Assembly (NCBI GenBank): GCA_963771885.1
Contig: CAVYVF010000023.1
Span: forward strand, 832,001-896,000
DNA length: 64,000 bases
From: Candidatus Bathyarchaeota archaeon
GTDB lineage: Archaea > Thermoproteota > Bathyarchaeia > TCS64
Direction: 5' to 3'
The stretch's first letter is position 1. Every line of letters starts with the position of its first letter. The translations under genes were made by a program, and so were the position numbers. The notes below the pieces were generated by a model. It was given only the letters and a program-made list of their open reading frames with translations, was not told the origin of the DNA and searched no databases. This document shows positions 47,440 through 57,776 of the stretch, piece after piece.

Positions 47440-47949
47440 CTAGTACGCGTACTCTACGCGCAGGTCCATTTTACGGACCTTCTTCGCTATCTCGGTGAGT
47501 GCCTGTATCCGCTTCTTGCTCAGCCTCTTCGCACCACGTGCACTAAGGACGACGCGCGTCTCGGTGCTACCGTCGGGGAGCCAGATGATGTTTATAGTCA
47601 CTATCTGCTGACCCGAGAACAGGTCCTCGAGGAACTTGCGGTCGTTCATCCCCGCCTCGAGGATGACGACCTTCTTGTTCAGGGCGTCTCCTAGGTCGCG
47701 GACGGGCTGAGGGTTCGCGTTGAACTTTGCAGCGTCCCCCTTACCCACGACGAGGACGAGGAATCCCCCGGCGTCGACGACGTTGTCGAGGGTAATGGTC
47801 TGAAGGAACTGGTTCTTACCCTCGTAGCTTATGAGTTTCTTAGCCACTTCCATGTACTCGCTTGAAACGGCGCCAGTCTTGATCTTTGTCTGGCACTTCG
47901 AGCAGAACATGCCGCTCTTGAGACAGAACTCACACAGTTGCGTTTGCAC
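47440..47949 (-). CDS. NusA-like KH-domain protein with N-terminal zinc finger
   Basis: C.FCLKSG..C.KC, INIIWLPDGS. Confidence 0.75.
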   Translation of the reverse strand: MQTQLCEFCLKSGMFCSKCQTKIKTGAVSSEYMEVAKKLISYEGKNQFLQTITLDNVVDAGGFLVLVVGKGDAAKFNANPQPVRDLGDALNKKVVILEAGMNDRKFLEDLFSGQQIVTINIIWLPDGSTETRVVLSARGAKRLSKKRIQALTEIAKKVRKMDLRVEYAY

Positions 47950-48005
47950 TCAGTGGTCCTCCGGTCGCCCGGGGGAGCCTCTGCGAGAGCCTAATTGTTA
48001 GCGCC

Positions 48006-48299
48006 TTACGGCTTTAACACGATCTCGATCGTGCTGACGTTCGAAGGCGTGTTACGCTCCTCGGACTGGACCTGCTCGGTGCCTATCTTGATCGCCTCGA
48101 CCTTGACACCAGGCATGAACCTGTTCCTTAGTACCTCTACGACATCGACAGCCCTGCTGATGGACTGTCCGCGTGCCTTGACTAGGACAGTCTCCTGGCC
48201 GCTCTTGAAGAGGGTCATGCAGGCGAGTACATAGTTGAGGACAGGTTTGCGTCCGATGAATACGGTGTTAGATCTCTCCACTTTGACTCCTCCAGACAT
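48006..48299 (-). CDS. albA: Alba chromatin protein
   Basis: [36 protein letters not shown]. Confidence 0.93.
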   Translation of the reverse strand: MSGGVKVERSNTVFIGRKPVLNYVLACMTLFKSGQETVLVKARGQSISRAVDVVEVLRNRFMPGVKVEAIKIGTEQVQSEERNTPSNVSTIEIVLKP

Positions 48300-48439
48300 T
48301 CGTTTTCTGTAGGTGTGCTTAAGTGAGTTATCTTTGGGTTAAAAGGTTATCGGGTTTTATCAAAAATCGCGGTTTTTACCGCTTTGCGCGCAGGTTTCTG
48401 GGTATAAAGTGGCTCCGCGACCAGAAGGAAGAGCTAAAC

Positions 48440-49054
48440 CTAGGCATCTGCCCGATACCTGTCGTCCTTCCATACGTCGGCTGTGTTGCTGTAGTATCCC
48501 CTCTCCCAGAAGCCAGGGGTATCACGCGCCGCGAATGTGATTCTCGTGACCCACATAGGAGACTTGTACGCGTATTTCTGGGGGACGACTAGCCTCACGG
48601 GGCCGCCGAGAGGCTGACTCAAATCCTCGCCGTTGAGGCTATGCGCAAGCACTACGTCGCCTCCCTTGAGATCCGAAAGGGGGAGGCTCGTCGTGTAGCC
48701 GTCGGCGCAACCGAAGAGGGCGTACTCGACACCTGGCTTTGGTTTCGCCTGCTCCTGAATAGTCGCGAAGAGCACGCCTCGCCACCGCTGGGCTAGGACG
48801 CTCCAACCCTCGACGCAGTGGAAGTCGCTCACGGACTCGACCTGAGGCAGGGCGAGGAACTCTGCCCAGCCAAACTTTAATGGGTTCTCAACCTCACCGT
48901 CCACGACGAGGCTCCAGGAATCCCGCGACACGTTTGGGAGGATATTGGTTATCCCGGGATGGTCTATCCCCCACCTTAGTATCCCGGGTATCGGTGACTG
49001 TCCCGGAGGCATCTTACCCGCCGCGGGCTCAGCCTTCTTCCTCCTCCAGAACAA
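48440..49054 (-). CDS. Molybdopterin-dependent oxidoreductase (sulfite oxidase-like, YuiH type)
   Basis: PPGQ, DFHCVEGWS, GYTTSLPL, GGPVRLVVP..YAYKS, GFWE. Confidence 0.9.
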   Translation of the reverse strand: MFWRRKKAEPAAGKMPPGQSPIPGILRWGIDHPGITNILPNVSRDSWSLVVDGEVENPLKFGWAEFLALPQVESVSDFHCVEGWSVLAQRWRGVLFATIQEQAKPKPGVEYALFGCADGYTTSLPLSDLKGGDVVLAHSLNGEDLSQPLGGPVRLVVPQKYAYKSPMWVTRITFAARDTPGFWERGYYSNTADVWKDDRYRADA

Positions 49055-49141
49055 GGTCTAGTAAAACATTTCCAATGGGTGCTCATAAACCTGCGCACCG
49101 GCCCCCCGAACCGTTAAACGCACAGGCGCGGAATATACCAC

Positions 49142-49795
49142 ATGGAAGAGAGGGAGCGAGCTGAGAAGGTCATCGCCATACTCGAGAAGGCGTATCCCAA
49201 CGAGGAGGGCACGATGCTCCACTGGAAGACGCCGCTGGAGCTACTCGTCGCCACCATACTCTCCGCCCAGAGCACTGACGAGCAGATCAACAGGCTCACC
49301 CCCGCCCTCTTCAAGCGCTACAAGACCGCGAAAGACTACGCTGAGTCGAACGTTGATGAACTTGAGCACTACATACACGCCTCTGGTTTCTACCACCGTA
49401 AAACCGAGCTCATCCAAGCCGCTTGCAGGCAGATAATAGAAGAATTCGGGGGGGAAGTCCCACACACCATGGACGAGCTGCTCAGGTTAAAAGGGGTCGC
49501 CAGGAAGACGGCGAACATCGTCCTCGGGAACGCCTACGGGATCATCGAGGGCATCGCCGTTGACACCCACGTGATGCGCCTAGCCCAACGACTAGAATGG
49601 TCCAAGGAGAAGGACAGAGACAAGATAGAGCAGGACCTTCTACGCCTCATACCGAGGGACAAGTGGTATGAGGTCAACTACCTCCTCATCGCCCACGGTC
49701 GTCGCATATGCGACGCGAAGAGGGCGGACTGCGAGCACTGCCAGGTTAACCACCTATGCCCCTCAGCCTTCACGTTCTCCCACAACAGGAAGTGA
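49142..49795 (+). CDS. nth: Endonuclease III
   Basis: LLVATILSAQ.TD, HhH GVARKTAN, VDTHV, C-x6-C-x2-C-x5-C. Confidence 0.95.
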   Translation: MEERERAEKVIAILEKAYPNEEGTMLHWKTPLELLVATILSAQSTDEQINRLTPALFKRYKTAKDYAESNVDELEHYIHASGFYHRKTELIQAACRQIIEEFGGEVPHTMDELLRLKGVARKTANIVLGNAYGIIEGIAVDTHVMRLAQRLEWSKEKDRDKIEQDLLRLIPRDKWYEVNYLLIAHGRRICDAKRADCEHCQVNHLCPSAFTFSHNRK

Positions 49796-49834
49796 CGGTG
49801 TAATCGGGGGCTTCCCCACCGGACCTCGGGACAA

Positions 49835-50012
49835 ATGACACCCCTTTCCCTCACCCCCCCCAAGGACCACGAGAAGAACCTCTGCACCATGGTCGAGTGT
49901 GGGATGATCCTCGCCGACTACACCGTACATGTGAGTGACCCGAAATACGTCTGCTGGCTCCGGGAAAATGACAAACGAGAGGGACCAATTCTGTTACCCA
50001 TTTCCACTTTAG
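49835..50012 (+). CDS. Small Cys/His-rich protein (~58 aa), frameshift at ~49961
   Basis: HEKNLC...DPKYVCWL then +1 frame GKMTNERDQFCYPFPL*. Confidence 0.5.
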
Positions 50013-50192
50013 ATAGTTTCTGTTACCCCTCTACTCCATCTCTGTGGTTTGGGTTTATATGGCGCCGTTTAAGGTCAATCACATCGGAAGCCTACTATCC
50101 ATACTCCCGTAGCTCCGATACCAGCATCGGGGGCTGAAGAAGCCCCTTCTTATCGCGCGCGAAGTTCTTCGACATAAACCCCGATTCTCACA

Positions 50193-50717
50193 CTAACCCG
50201 ACTTGGCGTAGATCTGCTTGTAGACTTTCGCCTTGCTGAGTGTCCTCTCATGCTCCTTCTTCATGTACTGGACGGTAGCCTCGGTGACCTCGCTCTTCGG
50301 CTCCGCAGGGATGCCGAGTGCGACCATCTTGGGTGGGATGACTTTGCGGGGGCTGACGAGAGCGCCTGATCCGACCATCGCCCCCTCACCTATCTCGGCG
50401 CGGTCGAGCACAACCGCCTGGATGCCTATGATAGCCTTGTTCCCGATCTTGGCGCCGTGAACCGTCGCGCCGTGGCTGATTATGACATCCGCGCCTATCG
50501 ACACCGGATTACCAGTGGGCGCCTCGACTAGGCAACCCTCGAGGATTGTAGTGCGCGCCCCGATGATGACACTGTCGTCGTCGCCACGTATGACTGCGTT
50601 GGTCCAGATGTTAACATCCTCCTCGAGTGTGACGTCGCCGATTACCCAACTCCCGGGAGCGAGGAAGACGCTCGGGTGGATCTTTGGCTTCTTGCCTTCG
50701 AACTCGATTATTGACAT
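50193..50717 (-). CDS. Gamma-carbonic anhydrase-like (YrdA/CaiE) hexapeptide-repeat protein
   Basis: P.IHPSVFLAP...IGDV, IRGD, SHGATVHG, LG.PA. Confidence 0.9.
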   Translation of the reverse strand: MSIIEFEGKKPKIHPSVFLAPGSWVIGDVTLEEDVNIWTNAVIRGDDDSVIIGARTTILEGCLVEAPTGNPVSIGADVIISHGATVHGAKIGNKAIIGIQAVVLDRAEIGEGAMVGSGALVSPRKVIPPKMVALGIPAEPKSEVTEATVQYMKKEHERTLSKAKVYKQIYAKSG

Positions 50718-50897
50718 GCTGAGGAAGACGTGGGTGGCGGGAAAAAGGATTGCTTGATTATTTTATGCAAAAAACCTCGAGCGGGTTCGTTACCCTCGGT
50801 AAACCAAATTTAGGGATCCTCACGCAATTTTGGAAAGTATGCGCGGGAACTAACGCACTGAGAAGCCCTTTTACGGGCAAGCCACGTGTATCCCGCC

Positions 50898-51288
50898 ATG
50901 GACTACAGGCGTTACCTAGTTGAGATTGGTACTGGCGTCGACCTCCACGGTGAGGACGCGACTAAGGCGGCTCAGAGGGCGGTAAAGGACGCGATCAGCC
51001 ACAGCAGCATGGTCGGGCTCGGGTCAACTCTTCAAGATAAAGAGCTTCTCCGAGATCGAGGATGCCCTGATGGTGGACGTCACCATCGCGGCTCCTGATC
51101 CCAGTAAGGTTGACGGCGAGGCCGTTCTATCCACTCTCCCAGAGGGGAAGAGGAGGATAAGCGTCGTGAAGGGTGGCTTCAGGTTCCCCGCCGAGTCGAC
51201 GAAGGATGAGGCGAAGACCCACCCGATATTGATGGTCAACGCCGTCATAGTCGTCATGGTCGACGTGGATAAGGTGCCGAGAAAGTAG
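50898..51288 (+). CDS. Lin0512-family protein, frameshift in G run at ~51020
   Basis: EIGTGVDLHGEDATKAA.RAV.DAI...V.IA.P.P..VD...V...LP.G. Confidence 0.82.
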
Positions 51289-51636
51289 TTAGAGCGTCTT
51301 TCCGCACTTCGTGCAGAACTTTGCGTATTTCGTGTTCTCTGCGCCACAGTTCTTGCAGAAGACTGGACCGGTCTTCACTGACTCCCTCGCGGAGTGTACG
51401 CCCTTCTCGACCTCGCCGGCGACCTCTCGGAATGTTTCCTGCACTATCTTGACGCCTTCATCTATGGCGCGTGACGCCTTCTGGAGGGCCGCGTCCATCT
51501 CCTGTCTCCACTGTGGGTCGGACGCCCAGGGGATGGAAACCCCCTCATTGACTCCCTTGTCCGTCCTCACCCCGCACTTGGAGCAGAAGTTCGACTCGGG
51601 ATCTATCTCCTTGCCACAGTTTGAACAATATGTCAT
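51289..51636 (-). CDS. Double zinc-ribbon domain protein
   Basis: YCSNCG...FCSKCG and FCKNCG...FCTKCG flanking a helical linker. Confidence 0.85.
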   Translation of the reverse strand: MTYCSNCGKEIDPESNFCSKCGVRTDKGVNEGVSIPWASDPQWRQEMDAALQKASRAIDEGVKIVQETFREVAGEVEKGVHSARESVKTGPVFCKNCGAENTKYAKFCTKCGKTL

Positions 51637-51672
51637 CGTCTGTACCTGCTTGTGGTTGGGAACTTGTGTTGA

Positions 51673-52905
51673 TTAATCTTTCCGAGCAGCCTCATCGATT
51701 CTTTCCATGATAGCCCTTATAGTGAGTAGATTGTTGTCCCAGGCGCCCATGTTGATGATGGTTATACCCTCTGGTACCTTCGCCCTGCGCACGAGGTCGG
51801 GCACATCACACTGGCTGTGTATAGTCTCAGCGCTTGTACTCGCGGAGTAGACGAGTATCCTCTCGACGCCGTTGGCGACCAGTTCCCCTACCTTCACGGC
51901 GGGCTTTGGCTCGTTTAACTCCATCCAGGCCGATGCGACGTTCTCCGCCCTATAGCCGGCGTCGACGAAGGCACTTTTTATACCTTCCCTGAAGGCGTTC
52001 TCCTGCTGGGTCTCGGAGGCGAACTCTTTATCCCACTCGTCGGGCTGCCCGTGCCCGACAAGCAGTATCCCCGCCTTCTCCTTTGGTGTTCCCTGCAGGG
52101 CTACATCGGCGCGCTCGACAAACATCTTGTGCATGAGCGCTGAGTCCCATAGAGGTTTCGTGAATGCTACGTGTGCGCCGTACTCCGCGGGGCGTAACGC
52201 CTCGACCCTCTTCTCCCCCTCGAGCGTGTGGTTCGACTGGGTCACGAACACCTCGGCGAGTATTATCCTGCTCGCTCCCTCGTTGAGCGCCTGTATCGCC
52301 GCCTCGTCGGGGCGCGGGTGGTAGTCGAGGAAGCTTAGGTAGAACCTCGTAGACTCGTCGCCTCGGCGCCGGTACTCCTGCTCGATCTCCCTGAGCCTCA
52401 GCGCGTGCACCATGTTGTGGTCGCTCTTACCGACCCTAAGGTACCTGTGTCTCAAGCTGTAGAGGAAGAGAGGGCGGATTAGCCAGGGCATAAACGGGAT
52501 GTTTTGCTCGTCGAACTCCCTGAACTGCCTGATCCAGTTTATGGGCGTGTAGGTCGGCGACTCGCCGTGCGTGAAGTAGACGACTGCTGTGTGCCCGAGA
52601 CCATGGTCTCCCTTGTGGCGGCGGATCGGAGGGAGGAACCGCTTCTCGTCGGTGGAGAGCACCCTCGCCGACATGACGACGTAGCCAGCCATAAACGAGG
52701 CGATTGATATGCCTGATGCTACCGCTCCGCCTGTCCAATCCCCCCAGAAACCTATGGCCACTGCCGCGCCCGAGGCGAACACCATTACTGACGTGAATAA
52801 GAGGTAGGAAGCCATTCTGAGTGGGTGGACGATGAGGTAGCCGAGGATGAGTACTCCCGCAAGGAAGGCGAAGGCGGAGGGAATCAGCAGTGAGGCAGCG
52901 TCCAT
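51673..52905 (-). CDS. Membrane-anchored class II chelatase-like protein (CbiX/ferrochelatase fold)
   Basis: Three N-terminal TM helices; two chelatase half-domains VVYFTHG...SFLD..P and LLVGHG...AWME...P. Confidence 0.72.
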   Translation of the reverse strand: MDAASLLIPSAFAFLAGVLILGYLIVHPLRMASYLLFTSVMVFASGAAVAIGFWGDWTGGAVASGISIASFMAGYVVMSARVLSTDEKRFLPPIRRHKGDHGLGHTAVVYFTHGESPTYTPINWIRQFREFDEQNIPFMPWLIRPLFLYSLRHRYLRVGKSDHNMVHALRLREIEQEYRRRGDESTRFYLSFLDYHPRPDEAAIQALNEGASRIILAEVFVTQSNHTLEGEKRVEALRPAEYGAHVAFTKPLWDSALMHKMFVERADVALQGTPKEKAGILLVGHGQPDEWDKEFASETQQENAFREGIKSAFVDAGYRAENVASAWMELNEPKPAVKVGELVANGVERILVYSASTSAETIHSQCDVPDLVRRAKVPEGITIINMGAWDNNLLTIRAIMERIDEAARKD

Positions 52906-53007
52906 GGTGGGAAAGGCTCGTCGCAAATGGATAAACGATGCCGAGGACCGAAATGAGTACCCTTAACACCTAGTACACGTCAGAGAGTACAACCAAGTGA
53001 ATGAAAA

Positions 53008-53910
53008 ATGACTGAGTATAGATATCCAAAGGTACCTATCATCGCGCCGATCGCCATCATCGTTCTCGTTGGCATCGGAGTCCTCGTAGTGCTCTCCGGC
53101 GCCAGTGTAGGCGTTGGAGACGTAGCACTCGTCGTTGACCCCCTCGGCGGAACAGTGAGCAACCCAGTTGTCGGGCCCCGCTGGTTCCTAAAGCTCCCCT
53201 ACCAGAGCGTCATTAAGATGCCCTACTCGACACAGTATCTTATCCTAAGCGACAGCGATCCTAACGCCGACTTCGACAGCCTCATGTGCTTCAGCACGGA
53301 GGGCATCGAGGTGACCACTGACATAGTCGTCCGCTTCGGAATAGATGTGAACAAGGCGGCTGACCTCTATCAGAGCTACCCCGCCATGAATTGGGAGTTC
53401 ACGACGATCAACAGCATAACCTCCGAGACGGCGAAGGGCATCACCAAGAACTACTCGTGGATCGAGATCAAGGACAAGCGCACCGAGCTCGCCACACAGA
53501 TCCAGGGCGCTATCAGGGAAGCGCTCACGAACGAACCCTCGCTCAAGGGCGCTATAATTAACGTCGAAGTCGACCTTAAGAACATCTCCTTCCCGGAGAG
53601 ACTGGTCGACGAGCTTCAGGCGACCGTTGCGGCGCAGCAGGCTGTCGTGACGGCTGAGAACCAGAGGAAGAGCGCTATAATCCTCGCGAATGCCACGGCG
53701 CAGACCGCCCTCATCCAGGCGGAGGGTGAGGCACGCGCTCAGATCGCTCGCGCGCAGGGTGAGGCGGACGCCATTGAGCAGATCATCGCCGTCGTCGGCC
53801 AGGATGGGTGGACGACCTACTACAACATGCAGAAGCTCAAGGAAATCAGCCCCAACATCGATACCCTGATAGTCGGGACGGACGGAAACTTCCTCATCCC
53901 ATTAAAGTAA
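53008..53910 (+). CDS. SPFH/prohibitin family membrane protein
   Basis: N-terminal TM helix, band-7 core, C-terminal AEGEA/AQGEA coiled coil. Confidence 0.88.
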   Translation: MTEYRYPKVPIIAPIAIIVLVGIGVLVVLSGASVGVGDVALVVDPLGGTVSNPVVGPRWFLKLPYQSVIKMPYSTQYLILSDSDPNADFDSLMCFSTEGIEVTTDIVVRFGIDVNKAADLYQSYPAMNWEFTTINSITSETAKGITKNYSWIEIKDKRTELATQIQGAIREALTNEPSLKGAIINVEVDLKNISFPERLVDELQATVAAQQAVVTAENQRKSAIILANATAQTALIQAEGEARAQIARAQGEADAIEQIIAVVGQDGWTTYYNMQKLKEISPNIDTLIVGTDGNFLIPLK

Positions 53911-53929
53911 AGTCACTGTTTTTGGAGTA

Positions 53930-53944
53930 GGGGGCTTTGCCCCC
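53930..53944. terminator. Hairpin between convergent genes
   Basis: GGGGGC-TTT-GCCCCC between the SPFH and M28 stop codons. Confidence 0.3.
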
Positions 53945-53946
53945 GC

Positions 53947-55374
53947 TCACCACTCGCTCTTACCCTCGATCCACACCTTCGTCTCGGGGTGGATCTCGGG
54001 CCACGTCTTGACATATGCCTTAACCCTGTCGGCGAGTTGTACCGTCTGGTCGTATCCCTGCCTCTTTATGAAGTCCTGTATCTCCTTCTGCGTCTTCCTC
54101 TTCGCCATCCACTTGTCCTCGTTGGCGACGCGGAAGAGGAAGCGTGTGTAGTTGGCGGCGGCGAGGCGCAGGTACTCAAGGTCGACCTTGTCGACCGTGT
54201 CGTACTTGCTGTGTCCGAAGCCTCGCCCCGTGCTTGTGCGTATCGTCTCGGGATCGCCTCCGCTACCACATGGGACGCTGCGGAGGTAGAAAGGCCAGTG
54301 GTCGCTGTATGGACCGACACGCTGGTAGTAGGGTAGCTCCGCCTTCATCTCCTTGGCGCACCTGTCCATGAAGGGCTCGAGTTCGGGGAAGTCGTGGAGG
54401 ATGACGCCCTTGCGACTCTTGCTCCCGCCGCTGTCGAGGTTTAGCATGAAGCGTGCGTCACCGAGCTCGTCGGCGTGCATCGCCGTGTAGGCGTAGCTCC
54501 CGAAGAGCCCGATCTCCTCTGCGCCGAAGCATATGCAGCGGACGCGGCGCTTGAGCTTGCTCTTGACCATCTGGAGGTTCCGCGCAATCTCCAAGACGGT
54601 GACGGCGCCGGAGGCGGGGTCCTCGGCGCCTTGGCTTATGTCGTGCCCGTCGTAGTGGCTTCCGACGACGACGTACTCCTTGCTCTTGCTTGTGCCGGGG
54701 ATGTCGGCGATGACGTTGTAGGTCGTCACCTCCATGTTCTTGTCGCCGGTCTTAATCTTGAGGTTAACCTCTCCCTCTCGCTCTAGAGTGCGGACGAGGT
54801 ACATGCCATCCTCGTAGCTGACGCTTATGCTTGGGATGATGGGGCTGATTCCGCCGGTCTGGGGTCCGTAGGCGGGGTACTGGTTCATGAATATCCAGCC
54901 CTTGGCGCCAGCAAGGACGCTTCTCATGAACTTCTCCGACCTGTGGAGGCTTCTCGTCATGCCGAGGGGGTTGGCGCTGCTAACCATCACTATGTTGCCC
55001 TCGATCTCCGCCTTCCTCTTCTCGTATGTGTCGACTGCGCCGTCGCCTAGCCAGACTAGCTTAGCCTCGACCTCCGCCCCAATGCTGTGGGGGAGGCTTA
55101 TGCAGTCGATCTCCTTCTTGAATGGGCTCATCATCGTAAGCTTGGCTGGGGCGCGCTTCCACCCGGGTATCTTGTAGCTCTCGTAGTGGGCGTCCTCAAT
55201 CCCGTAGCCCTTGAGCTTCTCGACCATGTACTTGACAGAGCCAAGGTCGCCGGGCGTTCCGGGGAACCTGCTCCCGTGGACATCGCATAGCATCTTCAGG
55301 TTGTCCATCGGCTCCGAGGAAGTGTATATCTCGGAGACGATCTTCTTGTCGATCTCGATCCAGGGGTTACTCAA
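53947..55374 (-). CDS. M28 family aminopeptidase with PA domain
   Basis: GSRFPGT, NVIADIPG, GSHYD, GAED.ASG, AEEIGL.GS, NLD, SDH. Confidence 0.9.
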   Translation of the reverse strand: MSNPWIEIDKKIVSEIYTSSEPMDNLKMLCDVHGSRFPGTPGDLGSVKYMVEKLKGYGIEDAHYESYKIPGWKRAPAKLTMMSPFKKEIDCISLPHSIGAEVEAKLVWLGDGAVDTYEKRKAEIEGNIVMVSSANPLGMTRSLHRSEKFMRSVLAGAKGWIFMNQYPAYGPQTGGISPIIPSISVSYEDGMYLVRTLEREGEVNLKIKTGDKNMEVTTYNVIADIPGTSKSKEYVVVGSHYDGHDISQGAEDPASGAVTVLEIARNLQMVKSKLKRRVRCICFGAEEIGLFGSYAYTAMHADELGDARFMLNLDSGGSKSRKGVILHDFPELEPFMDRCAKEMKAELPYYQRVGPYSDHWPFYLRSVPCGSGGDPETIRTSTGRGFGHSKYDTVDKVDLEYLRLAAANYTRFLFRVANEDKWMAKRKTQKEIQDFIKRQGYDQTVQLADRVKAYVKTWPEIHPETKVWIEGKSEW

Positions 55375-55420
55375 AACTGATGCACCGGTGAATCTGTGCC
55401 CGGTGCGGATTTAAGACCTA

Positions 55421-56794
55421 TCAGGCTGGCGGTTTTCGATTGTTCCTGAGCTGAGCGAGGATGCCTACGGCGCAGAGGATGGTCGAGATAATGAAGACGA
55501 CCCTTATGCTCCCCGTAAGGGCGGGATATACCGCGGGTACGATCTCGACCCTGCCGATGAGAATGGCGAAAATTATCATGGTTATACCCATGCTAAGCAT
55601 CTGCCCGGTCAGCCGCATCGTGCCTAGCGTAGATGAGGCGACTCCGTAGAGCCTCTTGTCGACGCTGCTCATTATCGCGTTCGTATTCGGGGAGGAGAAG
55701 AGGGATAATCCGAAGCCTAGGGCGGCAAGGCTCGCGGCGACGACCCATATCTCGGTCTGCTCGTTGATGAAGACGAACGGGATGAGCCCGATCATGGTGA
55801 CAGCCATCCCGATTGCTGCGACCCTACTCGCCTCCATTCTGTCTGACAGCTTACCCGTTATGGGCGAGAAGATCGCCTGCACGATGGGGGAGGCGATGAG
55901 GACTAGCCCCGCGTTTTGGGCGCTAAGTCCCTTAACGTATTGGAGATAGAGGCTCATTAGGAAGGTGACCGCGTAGGTGGCGCTGAAATTGATGAGTGCA
56001 GCGATGTTTGAGAAGGTGAAGGTCTTGTTAGTTCTGAAGAGGTGTATGTCGAGGACTGGGTGCTTGGCGCGTGACTCAACATAGATGAGGACGCCAAATG
56101 CGACGAGTCCCAATACTATGGGGATCAGGCTGGTGGTGGATGGGACTAGGGAGAAGCCGTACATTAGAGAGAGGAGCATTAGACTGTAGACGAGCGAGCC
56201 TTTGAAGTCGAAGCTTTCGCCCCCTGCTTCCTTCCACTCGCCCTTAAGCCTCCATAGCATGAAGAGGACAGCGACTGCGCCGATCCCCGCTGTTGTGAGG
56301 AGTATGCTGCGCCACCCAAGTGTGTTTACAAGGAGCCCGCCGACGTACGGCCCAACTGAGAGTCCCACGTAGACCGCCGCGGCACTCATCCCGAGCGTGG
56401 CCCCCTTTTCTTTGGGGGGTGTGACGCTGACGAGTATAGCGACGCCTGTACCAAATATCATAGCAGACGAGACGCCCTGCAATGCCCTGAGCATGATTAT
56501 CGTCGAGGCGGACGGGTAGATGCCGAGGAGCAGTGCAGATATTGAGAACGCAATGGTGCCATAGAGGAACACCCTACGTCGCCCGTAGATGTCTGCGAGG
56601 CGTCCAAATGGGACGAGGAACATTGCGGAGGCAAGCAAGTAGGCGAGGCTTGCCCAGCTCATCGTTATCGCGTCGAGGCCGAACTCCTTACTTATGCTCG
56701 GGAGGGCGATGTTGAAACTGCTCGATGCGAAGGGCGTCAGGAAGGAGGTCATAACAACGACTATCACAACGACTCGCCTGTCTACACCCTCCAC
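55421..56794 (-). CDS. MFS transporter (DHA2/EmrB-QacA-like)
   Basis: NIALP.I, GRLADIYGRRR, GP.VGG, PNTNAIMSSV. Confidence 0.92.
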   Translation of the reverse strand: MEGVDRRVVVIVVVMTSFLTPFASSSFNIALPSISKEFGLDAITMSWASLAYLLASAMFLVPFGRLADIYGRRRVFLYGTIAFSISALLLGIYPSASTIIMLRALQGVSSAMIFGTGVAILVSVTPPKEKGATLGMSAAAVYVGLSVGPYVGGLLVNTLGWRSILLTTAGIGAVAVLFMLWRLKGEWKEAGGESFDFKGSLVYSLMLLSLMYGFSLVPSTTSLIPIVLGLVAFGVLIYVESRAKHPVLDIHLFRTNKTFTFSNIAALINFSATYAVTFLMSLYLQYVKGLSAQNAGLVLIASPIVQAIFSPITGKLSDRMEASRVAAIGMAVTMIGLIPFVFINEQTEIWVVAASLAALGFGLSLFSSPNTNAIMSSVDKRLYGVASSTLGTMRLTGQMLSMGITMIIFAILIGRVEIVPAVYPALTGSIRVVFIISTILCAVGILAQLRNNRKPPA

Positions 56795-56894
56795 GACTAT
56801 TCCCCCGACCCGCCTTATGCGAGGAATCAGCCCTACTTATTAAAACCCATTGGGGCATGGGAAAGCTGTTTTAAGCGGACTCCCTGAACACGTA

Positions 56895-57776
56895 TTGGCT
56901 GCCGACTTGAGCGTTCTCATATACACAGACAACCCCGGCGTGCATGAGGTCAGGCTCGTCGCGGAGGAGCTCAGGAGGAGAAGCATACGTGTCCGCCTCA
57001 TGGCGCCCTGGGATTTTAGTCTCCCCAAGATGCCCGAGCTCGACGCAGGCGTCGTCTATGCCCCAAGCAACATGCTACACAGGGGAAGCACATACGAACT
57101 CACCCACAGGCTCATTATACTCAGGGAGCTTGAGAAGAAGGCGACTGTAGTAAACCCCGTCGAGTCGATGCTCGTATACTCGAAGGAGCAGCTCACCATG
57201 CGTCTCGCCGGTCTCGCCCTTCCACACCCCGAGACGATCGCCACCGAGAATGTCGAGGAGGCGTACAGCTTCTCGAAGAGGCTCCTCGACCAAGGCCGGG
57301 AGGTCGTGCTGAAGCCCACCTGCGGCGCACGGGGCGTAGGCGTCACGAAGCTCAGCGGCATCAGGAGGCGGGACGACCTCCTCCAGTTCCTAGTCTGGTA
57401 CACTCGGGAGCATGCCCAGGGCGTCTACTACCTACAGGAGTTCATCCCCAACCTCGGCTACGACATCAGGTGCCTCGTCATAGACGGCAAGGTCGTGGGG
57501 AGGGAGCGTAGGTTCAACACGAAAGACTTCCGCTACAACGTCGCTGTCGGCGGCTCCGCGGAGGCGTTCAATGACCCTATCTACGACGATCTGAGCATCG
57601 AGGTGGCCGAGGCGAGCGGGCTCAAGATATGCGGCGTCGACATTCTCCCCGGCCAGGACGGTAAGCCATACGTGCTTGAGGCGAACTGCTACCCCGGTTA
57701 CAAGGCATTGATGGACGCGACGGGGATGCCAATCCACGAGAAGATATCCGACTACCTACAGAGTCTTCTCCGCTAG
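56895..57776 (+). CDS. RimK-family ATP-grasp ligase
   Basis: HPET, VLKP..G.RG.GV, YLQEFI, DIR..V, N.AVGG, GVDI, EAN..PG. Confidence 0.88.
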   Translation: MAADLSVLIYTDNPGVHEVRLVAEELRRRSIRVRLMAPWDFSLPKMPELDAGVVYAPSNMLHRGSTYELTHRLIILRELEKKATVVNPVESMLVYSKEQLTMRLAGLALPHPETIATENVEEAYSFSKRLLDQGREVVLKPTCGARGVGVTKLSGIRRRDDLLQFLVWYTREHAQGVYYLQEFIPNLGYDIRCLVIDGKVVGRERRFNTKDFRYNVAVGGSAEAFNDPIYDDLSIEVAEASGLKICGVDILPGQDGKPYVLEANCYPGYKALMDATGMPIHEKISDYLQSLLR

